Positions 17,339 through 25,403 of a DNA stretch of 64,000 bases are shown here, piece by piece; positions within the stretch are counted from its first letter, which is position 1, and each line of letters starts with the position of its first letter. The notes beneath the pieces were generated by a model, which saw nothing but the letters and a program-made list of their open reading frames with translations, did not search any database and was not told the DNA's origin. The DNA comes from Eubacteriales bacterium (GTDB taxonomy: Bacteria; Bacillota; Clostridia; Oscillospirales; CAG-272). Both the position numbers and the translations under genes were made by a program. The stretch spans positions 9,911-73,910 of the forward strand of contig JAZNFP010000059.1 of NCBI GenBank assembly GCA_045576095.1, read 5' to 3'.

Positions 17339-18455
17339 ATCTTAAGATTTTGCAAAGCGCCGTATAAAGGGAATCCAGCTCCTTTTCGGTGTTGGTAATA
17401 CCAAAGCTGATGCGAAGCGCGCCGCCGGATACTCCGACCTGAGATGCATGTGCAAGCGGAGCGCAGTGAAAACCGCCACGTACGCAAATTCCGTAGCCGT
17501 CAAGTTCATCCGCAAGGTACTCCGATGGCAAATCCTCGTGTGAAAAGGAAAGCAGACTTCCTAGGCCGTCCTCACGACAATAGATGCGAATTTTGGAAAA
17601 CTTCGACAGAATCTCACGGCAACGGCAGACCAATCCGCTCTCATGCGCTTCGATCTCTTCAAGTCCGATTTTACGCACATATTCGATTCCGGCGCGAAGC
17701 GATACGATCGCGGGGGTTGAGAGCGTTCCTGCCTCAAATCGCTCGGGGGCCTTTTCGGGCATGCCTCGACTTTGCGATTCGGTTCCGCTTCCGCCGTATA
17801 GGAAGGGGGGGAGTTCTCCGGCATTTTTTAAATAGACGAAGCCGCTGCCTTGAATTCCGTACAGCCCCTTGTGTCCTGGAGCGCAAATTGCATCTGCCTC
17901 GGCGATCTCGGGCGGTACGGCGTGATGACCGAGCCATTGAGAGGCATCAAGAATCAGATACAGGCCTTTTCGCCTTGCAACCGAAAGCAACGCCTGCACG
18001 GGAACGGTATTCCCGGTAACGTTTGAGGTGAGATTGCATACGAGAATATCTGTCGTCGGGTGCAAGCAACGCTCAATCGCCTCGGCATTACACCGAGCTG
18101 CCGAGAAAAAATCATATTCGATCAATCCCTCATCCCGAAGTGCGTATACGACCCTAAGGGTTGCGTTGTGCTCCTGATCGCTGAGCAAAATCCGAGTACC
18201 CTTCCTTGCGCGCGTTCGTATTGCCAGATTCAGCGCCATGGTTGCATTTTGCGTAAACACAATCTGCTCGGGCATAACATAGAGAAGCCTTGCAATTTCT
18301 TCTCTGCATTCGTATACTGCCTCGGATGCTCGGAGCGAAAGCTGATGACCGCCTCTCCCGGGGTTTCCACAGAAGCTTCGAATGCAGTCTGTCAGAGCTT
18401 CAACGACGCTTTCCGGTTTCGGAAAGCTCGTTGCTGCATGGTCAAAATAGATCAT
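17337..18455 (-). CDS. Class V aminotransferase-fold cysteine desulfurase family protein (SufS/CsdA-like)
   Basis: MIYFDHAATSFPKP..., PLP-lysine context ...APGHKGLYG..., group-II active-site Cys context ...VRGGFHCAPLAH... Confidence 0.85.
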   Translation of the reverse strand: MIYFDHAATSFPKPESVVEALTDCIRSFCGNPGRGGHQLSLRASEAVYECREEIARLLYVMPEQIVFTQNATMALNLAIRTRARKGTRILLSDQEHNATLRVVYALRDEGLIEYDFFSAARCNAEAIERCLHPTTDILVCNLTSNVTGNTVPVQALLSVARRKGLYLILDASQWLGHHAVPPEIAEADAICAPGHKGLYGIQGSGFVYLKNAGELPPFLYGGSGTESQSRGMPEKAPERFEAGTLSTPAIVSLRAGIEYVRKIGLEEIEAHESGLVCRCREILSKFSKIRIYCREDGLGSLLSFSHEDLPSEYLADELDGYGICVRGGFHCAPLAHASQVGVSGGALRISFGITNTEKELDSLYTALCKILR

Positions 18456-18670
18456 CTCCGATCGGACTTCCGTTGATAGGAAATTCCGAGCTCGTCAAGA
18501 TAGGAGTAGATGCGGAACCGTTCGCTTGCCTCAATCTCAATGGCGTAGGTGCATCCCGTTGATTGCTTTTGCGATGCTTTGACAACCCGCGTTCGGACTC
18601 CTTTCTGTCCGAGCTCCTTCTTCGCCTTCATGGCGTAGGTTACGGAGCCGATAACGATCTTTTCCTTCAT
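18452..18670 (-). CDS. Small DUF3343-like protein (putative S/Se carrier)
   Basis: 72-aa ORF with a GGAGGAG RBS and a 4-nt overlap with the downstream desulfurase gene. The family assignment is from memory of this gene pairing, not an alignment. Confidence 0.5.
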   Translation of the reverse strand: MKEKIVIGSVTYAMKAKKELGQKGVRTRVVKASQKQSTGCTYAIEIEASERFRIYSYLDELGISYQRKSDRR

Positions 18671-18755
18671 TGTCTCCTCCTTTTCTTTCCTTGCAAACTC
18701 ATTAACAGGCTATGCCTAAATCGTCTCTTTTGATATTCTTTTTTAAGAATATCGG

Positions 18756-18784
18756 TAGACAAAAGACTCGTTTTGTGCTATAAT
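18756..18784 (+). promoter_or_regulatory. Sigma-A-type promoter of the MBL-fold hydrolase gene
   Basis: TAGACA (18756-18761), 17 nt, TGcTATAAT (-10 at 18779-18784). Confidence 0.6.
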
Positions 18785-18833
18785 AAATCAATAATGACAA
18801 AAAAGGCGCTCAAACGGGAAGGGAAGTGGGGAT

Positions 18834-19454
18834 TTGACCGTAAAAAGCATCTGTAGCATGGGACTTGCCTCAAATTGCTACGTCGTCCTCGATGATTCTC
18901 TGCGAAACGCCGTCGTCGTCGATCCGTCAGTCTCCTATGAGTGCGTCGTTGCATCACTTGGATTTGAGCCCGTCTTTTGCGGTATCCTTTTAACGCACGG
19001 GCACGCCGATCATCTCCTTGCTCTTGACGACTGGAAAAGAAAAACGCGAGCGCCCGTTATGATCGGGCAGTGCGATGCCTATGCGCTCAATCATCCCGAG
19101 GCAAGCTGTGCGAATCTGCTTGGACTCGGCGATCTTCGCTTTGGGGAGCCCGACGTCATCCTCTCGGACGGTGACCTGATTGACGTAGGGAACGCCCGGC
19201 TTCGTGCCATTTCGACACCCGGGCATAGCTGTGGCTCATTCTGCTTTTATTCCGAGGGGCATCTTCTTTCGGGAGATACGCTTTTTGCCGGCGGCGGCAT
19301 CGGACGAGCGGATCTTTTCGGAGGTGATGAGAGCGCTCTTTTGTCGTCGGTTGCGGCGCTCGTCACTCTTGCGCCGGATACGGTTGTCTATCCCGGTCAC
19401 GGACCGCAAACGTCGATCGGTGCCGAGGCGCATTTTCATAAAAATTACCGTTGA
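18834..19454 (+). CDS. MBL-fold metallo-hydrolase (glyoxalase II-like)
   Basis: ...LLTHGHADHLLAL... HxHxDH motif and later ...TPGHSCGS... The start is uncertain: TTG 18834 or ATG 18855. Confidence 0.85.
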   Translation: MTVKSICSMGLASNCYVVLDDSLRNAVVVDPSVSYECVVASLGFEPVFCGILLTHGHADHLLALDDWKRKTRAPVMIGQCDAYALNHPEASCANLLGLGDLRFGEPDVILSDGDLIDVGNARLRAISTPGHSCGSFCFYSEGHLLSGDTLFAGGGIGRADLFGGDESALLSSVAALVTLAPDTVVYPGHGPQTSIGAEAHFHKNYR

Positions 19455-19492
19455 ACATTATTCTTTTTTGAAGAGGAGCTTACACCTGCTTT

Positions 19493-21145
19493 ATGGAAGA
19501 AACGAAGAACCATTTTATTCATGACATTATTGACGAGGATCTGAAGGAGAATCCCTCTCTGAAGATTCATACGCGCTTCCCGCCGGAGCCGAACGGATAT
19601 CTGCATATCGGAAGTGCGAAAGCGATCTGGATTAACAGCCAGACCGCAAAGAAATACGGCGGGCTTTTCAATCTCCGTTACGACGATACCAATCCCGCCA
19701 AGGAAGGGGACGAGTTTGTCCGTTCCATCTATGAGGATCTCACGTGGCTTGGCGCAACCCCGACCGGAGGTGTTTTTTACGGATCGGATTATTTCGACAA
19801 ATGCTATGAGTTCGCTCTCAAGCTGATCCGTCAGGGAGATGCGTACGTTTGCGATCTTTCGGCTGATGAGATGCGAGAATATCGAGGCACGCTCACCGAG
19901 CCGGGACGCCCGAGCCCCTACCGCGATCGCACGGTTGAGGAAAATCTTAAGCTGTTTGAGGCAATGAAAAACGGGGAATACCCCGACGGTGCAAAAACTC
20001 TTCGTGCAAAGATCGATATGGCATCGCCGAACATCAATCTCCGCGACCCGGCGATCTATCGCATCGTGCACACGCAGCATCACCGTCAAGGTGATAAGTG
20101 GTGCATCTATCCCCTGTACGACTACGCGCATCCGATCCAGGACGCGCTTGAGGGGATTACGCACTCGCTTTGCTCAATCGAGTTTGAAAACCACCGACCG
20201 CTGTACGATTGGGTCATCCGGCACGTCGGCTTTGATCTTCCGCCGCATCAGTACGAATTCGCAAGGCTGAACGTTACCCACACTGTCATGAGCAAGCGCT
20301 ATCTGCGTCAGCTTGTCGAAACGGGACTCGTTGACGGATGGGACGATCCGCGCATGCCTACCATCTGCGGTCTTCGCAGACGCGGGTATACGCCCTCTGC
20401 AATTTTCGATTTCGTCGCCCGTGCAGGAGTTGCCAAAGCCTACAGCGTCGTCGATTACGAGCTTCTTGAGCACTGCATCCGCGAGGAGCTCAACGCAAGC
20501 GCTCCGAGACGAATTGCAGTTCTGAATCCGGTTAAGGTTACGGTCACCAACTATCCCGAGGACAAAACCGAGTACTTCCATCTTCCGAACAATCCGCAAC
20601 ACCCCGAGGAAGGTACGCGCGCCCTTCCGTTCTCGCGTACCCTTTGGATCGATGCAGACGATTTTGCGGAGGTTCCGCCGCCTAAGTTTCACCGCTTAAA
20701 GCCGGGCGGTGAGGTTCGTCTCATGGGTGCATATATTATCCGTTGCGACGAAATCAAAAAGAATCCCGACGGTTCGATCGCCGAGCTACTTTGCACGGCG
20801 GATCTTGAGACGGGCTCCGGCATGCCCGCCGACGGAAGGAAGATTAAAGGAACGATTCATTGGCTCAGCGCAAAAGAAGCAATTTCTGCTGACGTTAAGC
20901 TCTTTGACTATCTCTTTACGATCGAGAACGTCTCTGACATCCCCGAGGGAAAGGGATATGGCGACTATCTGAACACCGAGTCGGTAAATACGATTACGGG
21001 AGCGTACCTTGAACCGACGTTAAAGGATGCCGAACCGGGCGAGCGCTTCCAGTTCGTTCGAATCGGATATTTTGTCAAGGATACGAAGTACGACTCGACC
21101 TTCAACCGTATCGTCGGACTGAAGGACAGCTTTCCAAAATCCTAA
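19493..21145 (+). CDS. glnS: Glutamine--tRNA ligase
   Basis: ...RFPPEPNGYLHIGSAKA... (HIGH) and ...VMSKRYL... (KMSKS-like). The ~550-aa size and C-terminal beta-barrel region are typical of GlnRS. Confidence 0.92.
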   Translation: MEETKNHFIHDIIDEDLKENPSLKIHTRFPPEPNGYLHIGSAKAIWINSQTAKKYGGLFNLRYDDTNPAKEGDEFVRSIYEDLTWLGATPTGGVFYGSDYFDKCYEFALKLIRQGDAYVCDLSADEMREYRGTLTEPGRPSPYRDRTVEENLKLFEAMKNGEYPDGAKTLRAKIDMASPNINLRDPAIYRIVHTQHHRQGDKWCIYPLYDYAHPIQDALEGITHSLCSIEFENHRPLYDWVIRHVGFDLPPHQYEFARLNVTHTVMSKRYLRQLVETGLVDGWDDPRMPTICGLRRRGYTPSAIFDFVARAGVAKAYSVVDYELLEHCIREELNASAPRRIAVLNPVKVTVTNYPEDKTEYFHLPNNPQHPEEGTRALPFSRTLWIDADDFAEVPPPKFHRLKPGGEVRLMGAYIIRCDEIKKNPDGSIAELLCTADLETGSGMPADGRKIKGTIHWLSAKEAISADVKLFDYLFTIENVSDIPEGKGYGDYLNTESVNTITGAYLEPTLKDAEPGERFQFVRIGYFVKDTKYDSTFNRIVGLKDSFPKS

Positions 21146-21175
21146 AATTCACAACTCTCTCGAAGGAGCAGTGCC

Positions 21176-22447
21176 ATGAAGATCAATACAAAATGCATTC
21201 AATCGGGTTATCAGCCGAAAAACGGGGAAGCGCGTATTCTTCCCATCTGGCAGTCAACGACCTATAAGTATGATTCGAGTACCGAGATGGGAATGCTCTT
21301 TGACCTTGAAAAGTCGGGATATTTTTACTCGCGTCTGCAGAATCCTACCTGTGACGCCGTAGCCGCAAAGATCTGCGATCTTGAGGGCGGAATTGCCGCA
21401 ATGCTTACCTCTTCGGGGCAAGCCGCTAATTTCATCGCGCTCTTTAACATCTGTCCTGCAGGAAGCCATATCGTTGCTTCCTCGGCAATCTACGGCGGAA
21501 CCTTCAATCTGCTTGGCGTTACCATGAAGAAGATGGGCATTGACGTCACCTTCGTTGATCCTGACGCCGATGAGCAGACGCTTTCTGCGGCGTTTCGTCC
21601 CGAAACCCGCGCCGTATTTGCCGAGTCGATCGCTAATCCCGCTCTGACGGTTCTTGATTTTGAAAAATTCGTCCGGCTCGCGCATCAAAACGGAGTCCCC
21701 GTCATCGTTGACAACACCTTCCCGACACCGATCAACTGCCGTCCCTTCGAATTCGGGGTTGATATCGTCACGCATTCGACGACAAAATACATGGACGGAC
21801 ACGCTATGACGGTCGGAGGTGCCATCGTTGACAGCGGTAGCTTTGACTTTTCGGCACATGCCGACAAGTACCCCGGGCTTTGCACGCCGGACGATTCCTA
21901 TCACGGCATTATCTATACCGAGAAATTCGGGAAGCTCGCTTATATTCAAAAGGCAACGGCGCAGATGATGCGAGATCTCGGCTCAATCCAGTCGCCTCAG
22001 AATGCATTTCTTCTGAACGTCGGTCTCGAAACTCTCGCGCTTCGTATGCAAAGACACTGCGAGAATGCACAGAGAGTCGCCGAGTTTCTCGCATCGCATC
22101 CGAAGGTCACCTGGGTGAATTTCCCGGGGCTTGCAAGCAGTCCGTACTATGAGATTGCAAAGAAGTATATGCCGGGCGGCACCTGCGGCGTCGTTTCCTT
22201 CGGTGTCAAGGGCGGTAGGGAAGCCGCAACTCTGTTTATGGACTCGCTCAAGCTTGCGGCGATCGTTACGCACGTAGCCGACGCGCGCACCTGCATCCTT
22301 CATCCCGCCAGCACAACGCATCGTCAGCTGACCGACGAGCAGCTCGCCGAGTGTAAAACGCCCGCAGATCTTCTGCGTCTTTCGGTTGGTATCGAGGATT
22401 CCGACGATATCATCGCCGACCTCGCACAGGCACTTGATCTCCTCTGA
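21176..22447 (+). CDS. metY: O-acetylhomoserine aminocarboxypropyltransferase / sulfhydrylase
   Basis: ...IWQSTTYKYDS...YFYSRLQNPT... and ...HSTTKYMDGH... (PLP Lys), Cys/Met-metabolism PLP family. Confidence 0.88.
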   Translation: MKINTKCIQSGYQPKNGEARILPIWQSTTYKYDSSTEMGMLFDLEKSGYFYSRLQNPTCDAVAAKICDLEGGIAAMLTSSGQAANFIALFNICPAGSHIVASSAIYGGTFNLLGVTMKKMGIDVTFVDPDADEQTLSAAFRPETRAVFAESIANPALTVLDFEKFVRLAHQNGVPVIVDNTFPTPINCRPFEFGVDIVTHSTTKYMDGHAMTVGGAIVDSGSFDFSAHADKYPGLCTPDDSYHGIIYTEKFGKLAYIQKATAQMMRDLGSIQSPQNAFLLNVGLETLALRMQRHCENAQRVAEFLASHPKVTWVNFPGLASSPYYEIAKKYMPGGTCGVVSFGVKGGREAATLFMDSLKLAAIVTHVADARTCILHPASTTHRQLTDEQLAECKTPADLLRLSVGIEDSDDIIADLAQALDLL

Positions 22448-23247
22448 TGGCTCTGTTTTCAAACGCCGCCAAGAAGCTTAAGCGCTTGCTTGGCGGCGTT
22501 CTTCCTTTGCTGTATCCCGATGCGTGCGTTGGCTGTGGGGAGTTGCTTTTCACACACGAGGAGATCTTCTGCACTCGCTGTGAGCGTACCTACGTTGAGG
22601 CACTTGAGCGCGAATGCGGACGATGCTTTCGCCCCCGCTACCGCTGCATCTGCTCACGAAAATCCCTTGAGGAAGCGAAAATTCCGCGTCTCGTCAAGCT
22701 TTTCAGCTATCGGGCGAGACAGGTGGAGCTTCCGCAGAACCGGCTGATCTTTTCACTTAAGCACCATCATCGAACCGACGTGCGAAAATTCCTCTCTTCC
22801 GAGATCTGCGATGCCATCCGAGAGGGAATCCCGAAATACGGACAATTCGTCATAACCTATGCACCGCGCGGAAGCAGATCGGTCATTCTGGATGGATACG
22901 ACCATATCCGTGAGCTTTCGCTTGAGATGTCAAGAGAGCTGAATCTACAGCACCTTTCGGTGATCGGCCGCCGCAGAGGCGGTAAAATTCAAAAGAAGCT
23001 CAACTATCAGGAGCGTCAAAAGAATATGGCCAATCGCTTTTATCTGAAAAGCGAGGCGGAGATAAAAGGGAGATCTGTCTTGCTTGTCGATGACGTTGTC
23101 ACAAGCGGAGCAACGCTGATTGAGGCGTCACGCATCCTCTACCTTGGCGGAGCAAAAGAGGTTGTTGGAGTTGTAATCGCCGCAACCGGTCGTGATGAGC
23201 TTCGCAAGCCGCGCCGGTATTCAGTCAAATACCGAACGATGAAATAA
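22447..23247 (+). CDS. comFC: ComF-family phosphoribosyltransferase-like protein
   Basis: N-terminal zinc-finger Cys pairs (CVGCGELL...CTRCE) and a C-terminal PRT motif VLLVDDVVTSGATL. Confidence 0.8.
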   Translation: MALFSNAAKKLKRLLGGVLPLLYPDACVGCGELLFTHEEIFCTRCERTYVEALERECGRCFRPRYRCICSRKSLEEAKIPRLVKLFSYRARQVELPQNRLIFSLKHHHRTDVRKFLSSEICDAIREGIPKYGQFVITYAPRGSRSVILDGYDHIRELSLEMSRELNLQHLSVIGRRRGGKIQKKLNYQERQKNMANRFYLKSEAEIKGRSVLLVDDVVTSGATLIEASRILYLGGAKEVVGVVIAATGRDELRKPRRYSVKYRTMK

Positions 23248-23250
23248 AAT

Positions 23251-23288
23251 AAGAGACTGCTTCAAACGAAACAGTCTCTTTCAATTTT
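23251..23288. terminator. Terminator between convergent comFC and the 140-aa ORF
   Basis: AAGAGACTG-12 nt-CAGTCTCTT followed by TCAATTTTT. Confidence 0.7.
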
Positions 23289-23293
23289 TATAA

Positions 23294-23716
23294 TTACTTC
23301 AGCTGTCCGAGAACGCGCTCGGTCCACTCAAGTACAGCCGTCTCCTCATCGGGCGTATACTTCTTTGCAAACTTGAAAGGAAGACCGCCATTGATGTACA
23401 GCACGTCCTCAATAACGTTGACACCGGTATTTTTGAGTGTCTGCAGGATCTGCGAGGCGTGCTCGGGCTTTCCGTCAACGATCAGCGCCACGTTCGTCGC
23501 CATCTCACGCGAAAGGCGGCTTCCGCAGAAGCGAGTAAAGGTTTCGGGCATGGATGCCTTTGCGGAGACGACAATGACGATCAGACGCTCACGCTCGCAG
23601 GGATAAGCCGGAGGGATCTGATCAACCTTGTAGGAGGATTCTGCCTTCTCGGCAACCTTTGCGGCAAGGCTCAAGAGCTTACCTTTGTTTGTCGCAGTAA
23701 GAACGCGCATTTTCAT
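23294..23716 (-). CDS. Hypothetical protein (140 aa)
   Basis: ORF with an AAGGAG RBS. The alternating beta/alpha pattern suggests a flavodoxin-like fold, but I see no FMN-loop motif. No family recognised. Confidence 0.6.
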   Translation of the reverse strand: MKMRVLTATNKGKLLSLAAKVAEKAESSYKVDQIPPAYPCERERLIVIVVSAKASMPETFTRFCGSRLSREMATNVALIVDGKPEHASQILQTLKNTGVNVIEDVLYINGGLPFKFAKKYTPDEETAVLEWTERVLGQLK

Positions 23717-23777
23717 AGTGTATGTACTCCTTCGTTTTTAATCATCACGGAAGCTCGTCCGTGAGCTGTACGTAAAT

Positions 23778-23806
23778 ATTATATCATATGCGTGCGGAAA
23801 ATGGAA
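23778..23806 (-). promoter_or_regulatory. Proximal promoter of the 140-aa ORF
   Basis: Minus strand TTCCAT (23801-23806), 17 nt, TGaTATAAT (-10 at 23778-23783). The 5' UTR then contains hairpin TCACGGA/TCCGTGA (23745-23764). Confidence 0.5.
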
Positions 23807-24063
23807 GTCTTTTTTTGTTTTTGAAAAAAACTTTATACATAGGCTCCGCAAAGCAAAATATTCAATCCTTCAGCCAAATCCGATTCATTTATTCGTCTGC
23901 ATCGCATTATCCGCTGATTTTTTCGTTTTTACCTTCCCTGAATTATATAAAATATGTATTATGTATAATTGTGTCAATTGCATTTGAGAAGGTAACCGGT
24001 GCATGACGTTTATTTAAAAATCGCTTGCACCGATTATTTTGCATTGGAATTCCCTGCGCGAAC

Positions 24064-24092
24064 TTGCAAAAGGAATCCCGTCGTGATATAAT
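24064..24092 (+). promoter_or_regulatory. Near-consensus sigma-A promoter pointing into the 3' end of spoIIID (antisense)
   Basis: TTGCAA (24064-24069), 17 nt, TGaTATAAT (-10 at 24087-24092). The next plus-strand gene starts only at about 24432. Confidence 0.55.
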
Positions 24093-24119
24093 GAATCAGG
24101 AAAGCGACAAGCAGTAAGC

Positions 24120-24389
24120 TCAAACCGCCTTTTCCCGACGTCTTTGCAAATATTTGATCCGCGTTGCTTCACCGCCACGCAGATGCCGCTCGGATTTGTT
24201 TTGATCGAGCACTTTTTTTACACGGTCGTACAGATCGGGATTGACCGTCATGAGCTTTGCGGTAACGTCCTTATGTACCGTGCTTTTACTGACCGCAAAA
24301 ACGCGCGCCACGGCACGGACGGTACACTCTCTTTCGATCAGATATTCCGCTAGGATCTCACACCGTTCCTTTTGGCTCTGCTGATACAT
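24120..24389 (-). CDS. spoIIID: Sporulation transcriptional regulator SpoIIID
   Basis: ...CTVRAVARVFAVSKSTVHKDVTAKLMTVNPDLYDRVKKVLDQNKSERHLRGGEATRIKY... closely follows the SpoIIID HTH and basic-tail pattern. GGGGAGGG RBS. Confidence 0.93.
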   Translation of the reverse strand: MYQQSQKERCEILAEYLIERECTVRAVARVFAVSKSTVHKDVTAKLMTVNPDLYDRVKKVLDQNKSERHLRGGEATRIKYLQRRREKAV

Positions 24390-24426
24390 GACTATCCCTC
24401 CCCCGCTCCTTTTGAGCTTTCACCAC

Positions 24427-24459
24427 ATTATATGAAAGGCAAGGTCAGATTCATGATGA
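24427..24459 (-). promoter_or_regulatory. Candidate sigma-E-type promoter of spoIIID
   Basis: Minus strand CATATAAT (24427-24434) resembles the CATAcA-T -10 of mother-cell promoters. TCATCAT lies 18 nt upstream (24453-24459). This is a match by eye only. Confidence 0.35.
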
Positions 24460-25241
24460 AAGAATCGGAGAAATTTTCGAACTCGTCTCTGCTCGAGGGG
24501 ATGACTTCCCTACGTGCGGTACTCCGCGGTGTTGATCGGCAAATCAACGACCGTCGGGTGCTTCGAGTATTTTATGCGTCCGAGCGAAAAAGGAAGCTGC
24601 AGCGAGAGATCGCCTTTCTCAATTCCGCTCGTGAAAAGTACGGATTTTCTCTCATCGAAACCTCGCTTTCCGAAATTGAAGCCAGAACGCTCGGGTCAAG
24701 TCACGGCGGCGTTATCTCCGAGTGCTCCGAGCGTTCCTTTCCGCTTCTTTCAAATTTCACGGATCAACTTTCAAGTAACGGCTTTTACGTCATGCTCGAG
24801 GGAATCGAAGATCCCTATAATTTCGGTTACGCCCTCAGATCGCTTTATGCAACCGGGGTTGACGGGATCATTCTCGGTCCAAGGAACTGGATGAGTGCAG
24901 CAGGAGTTGTTGCCCGCGCCTCGGCGGGCGCATCCGAGCTCTTCCCTGTTTATATTGCCGAGCCGGGCGAGGCAGCTGAGCTGTTTCATCGCCTCGGTTA
25001 TCAAATCGTTTGCGCCGACATCCGTACTGAGCATCTGCTGGAGGAGACCGATATTCCCTATCCCGTGCTCCTTGTTGTCGGGGGTGAAAAAAGAGGAATT
25101 TCACGAACCGTCCTTGATCTGGCGGATCTGAAGGTACGCATCTCTTACGGGAGAGAATTTCATGCTTCGCTTTCGGCGGCCTCCGCCGCAACGATTCTCT
25201 CCTATGAAATTTTCCGTCAGAACAGACATTCCAAAAAATAA
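24432..25241 (+). CDS. TrmH/SpoU-family RNA 2'-O-methyltransferase (RlmB-like)
   Basis: ...YVMLEGIEDPYNFGYALRSLYATGVDGIIL... and ...LLVVGGEKRGISRTVLDLADLKVRI...SLSAASAATILSYEI are SPOUT motifs. The start is ambiguous: 24432, 24453 or 24456. The track start at 24372 overlaps spoIIID. Confidence 0.85.
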   Translation: MKGKVRFMMKESEKFSNSSLLEGMTSLRAVLRGVDRQINDRRVLRVFYASERKRKLQREIAFLNSAREKYGFSLIETSLSEIEARTLGSSHGGVISECSERSFPLLSNFTDQLSSNGFYVMLEGIEDPYNFGYALRSLYATGVDGIILGPRNWMSAAGVVARASAGASELFPVYIAEPGEAAELFHRLGYQIVCADIRTEHLLEETDIPYPVLLVVGGEKRGISRTVLDLADLKVRISYGREFHASLSAASAATILSYEIFRQNRHSKK

Positions 25242-25255
25242 TCCTATTTGCAAAC

Positions 25256-25298
25256 AAGAGCTCGGCGTGCCATACTTTTCGGCAAGTCGAGCTCTTTT
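25256..25298 (+). terminator. Intrinsic terminator after the methyltransferase gene
   Basis: AAGAGCTCG ... CGAGCTCTT with an inner TGCC/GGCA pairing, followed by TTTGA. Confidence 0.7.
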
Positions 25299-25331
25299 GA
25301 CGAAATCTGTCGCGTTTGTTAATAAAATTCA

Positions 25332-25360
25332 TTGACAAGGCTTTTGAGATACGATATAAT
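25332..25360 (+). promoter_or_regulatory. Consensus sigma-A promoter of the LtaS-like / YidC::TagF operon
   Basis: TTGACA (25332-25337), 17 nt, TATAAT (25355-25360), followed by an AT-rich tract. Confidence 0.75.
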
Positions 25361-25403
25361 ATATAATATATATATTATTATTTAATTACAAAAAGGTACG
25401 AAA

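Noticed and set aside
23788-24006. 72-aa ORF in the AT-rich intergenic region
   Set aside because: It has no RBS and a low-complexity F/S/I/L-rich translation typical of AT-rich non-coding DNA. It also overlaps candidate promoter elements on both strands.
25355-25385. AT-dinucleotide-rich tract (tataatatataatatatatattattattt) considered as a phase-variable microsatellite
   Set aside because: It is not a clean repeat unit. It begins with the TATAAT -10 of a consensus promoter and is best explained as an AT-rich initially transcribed region.
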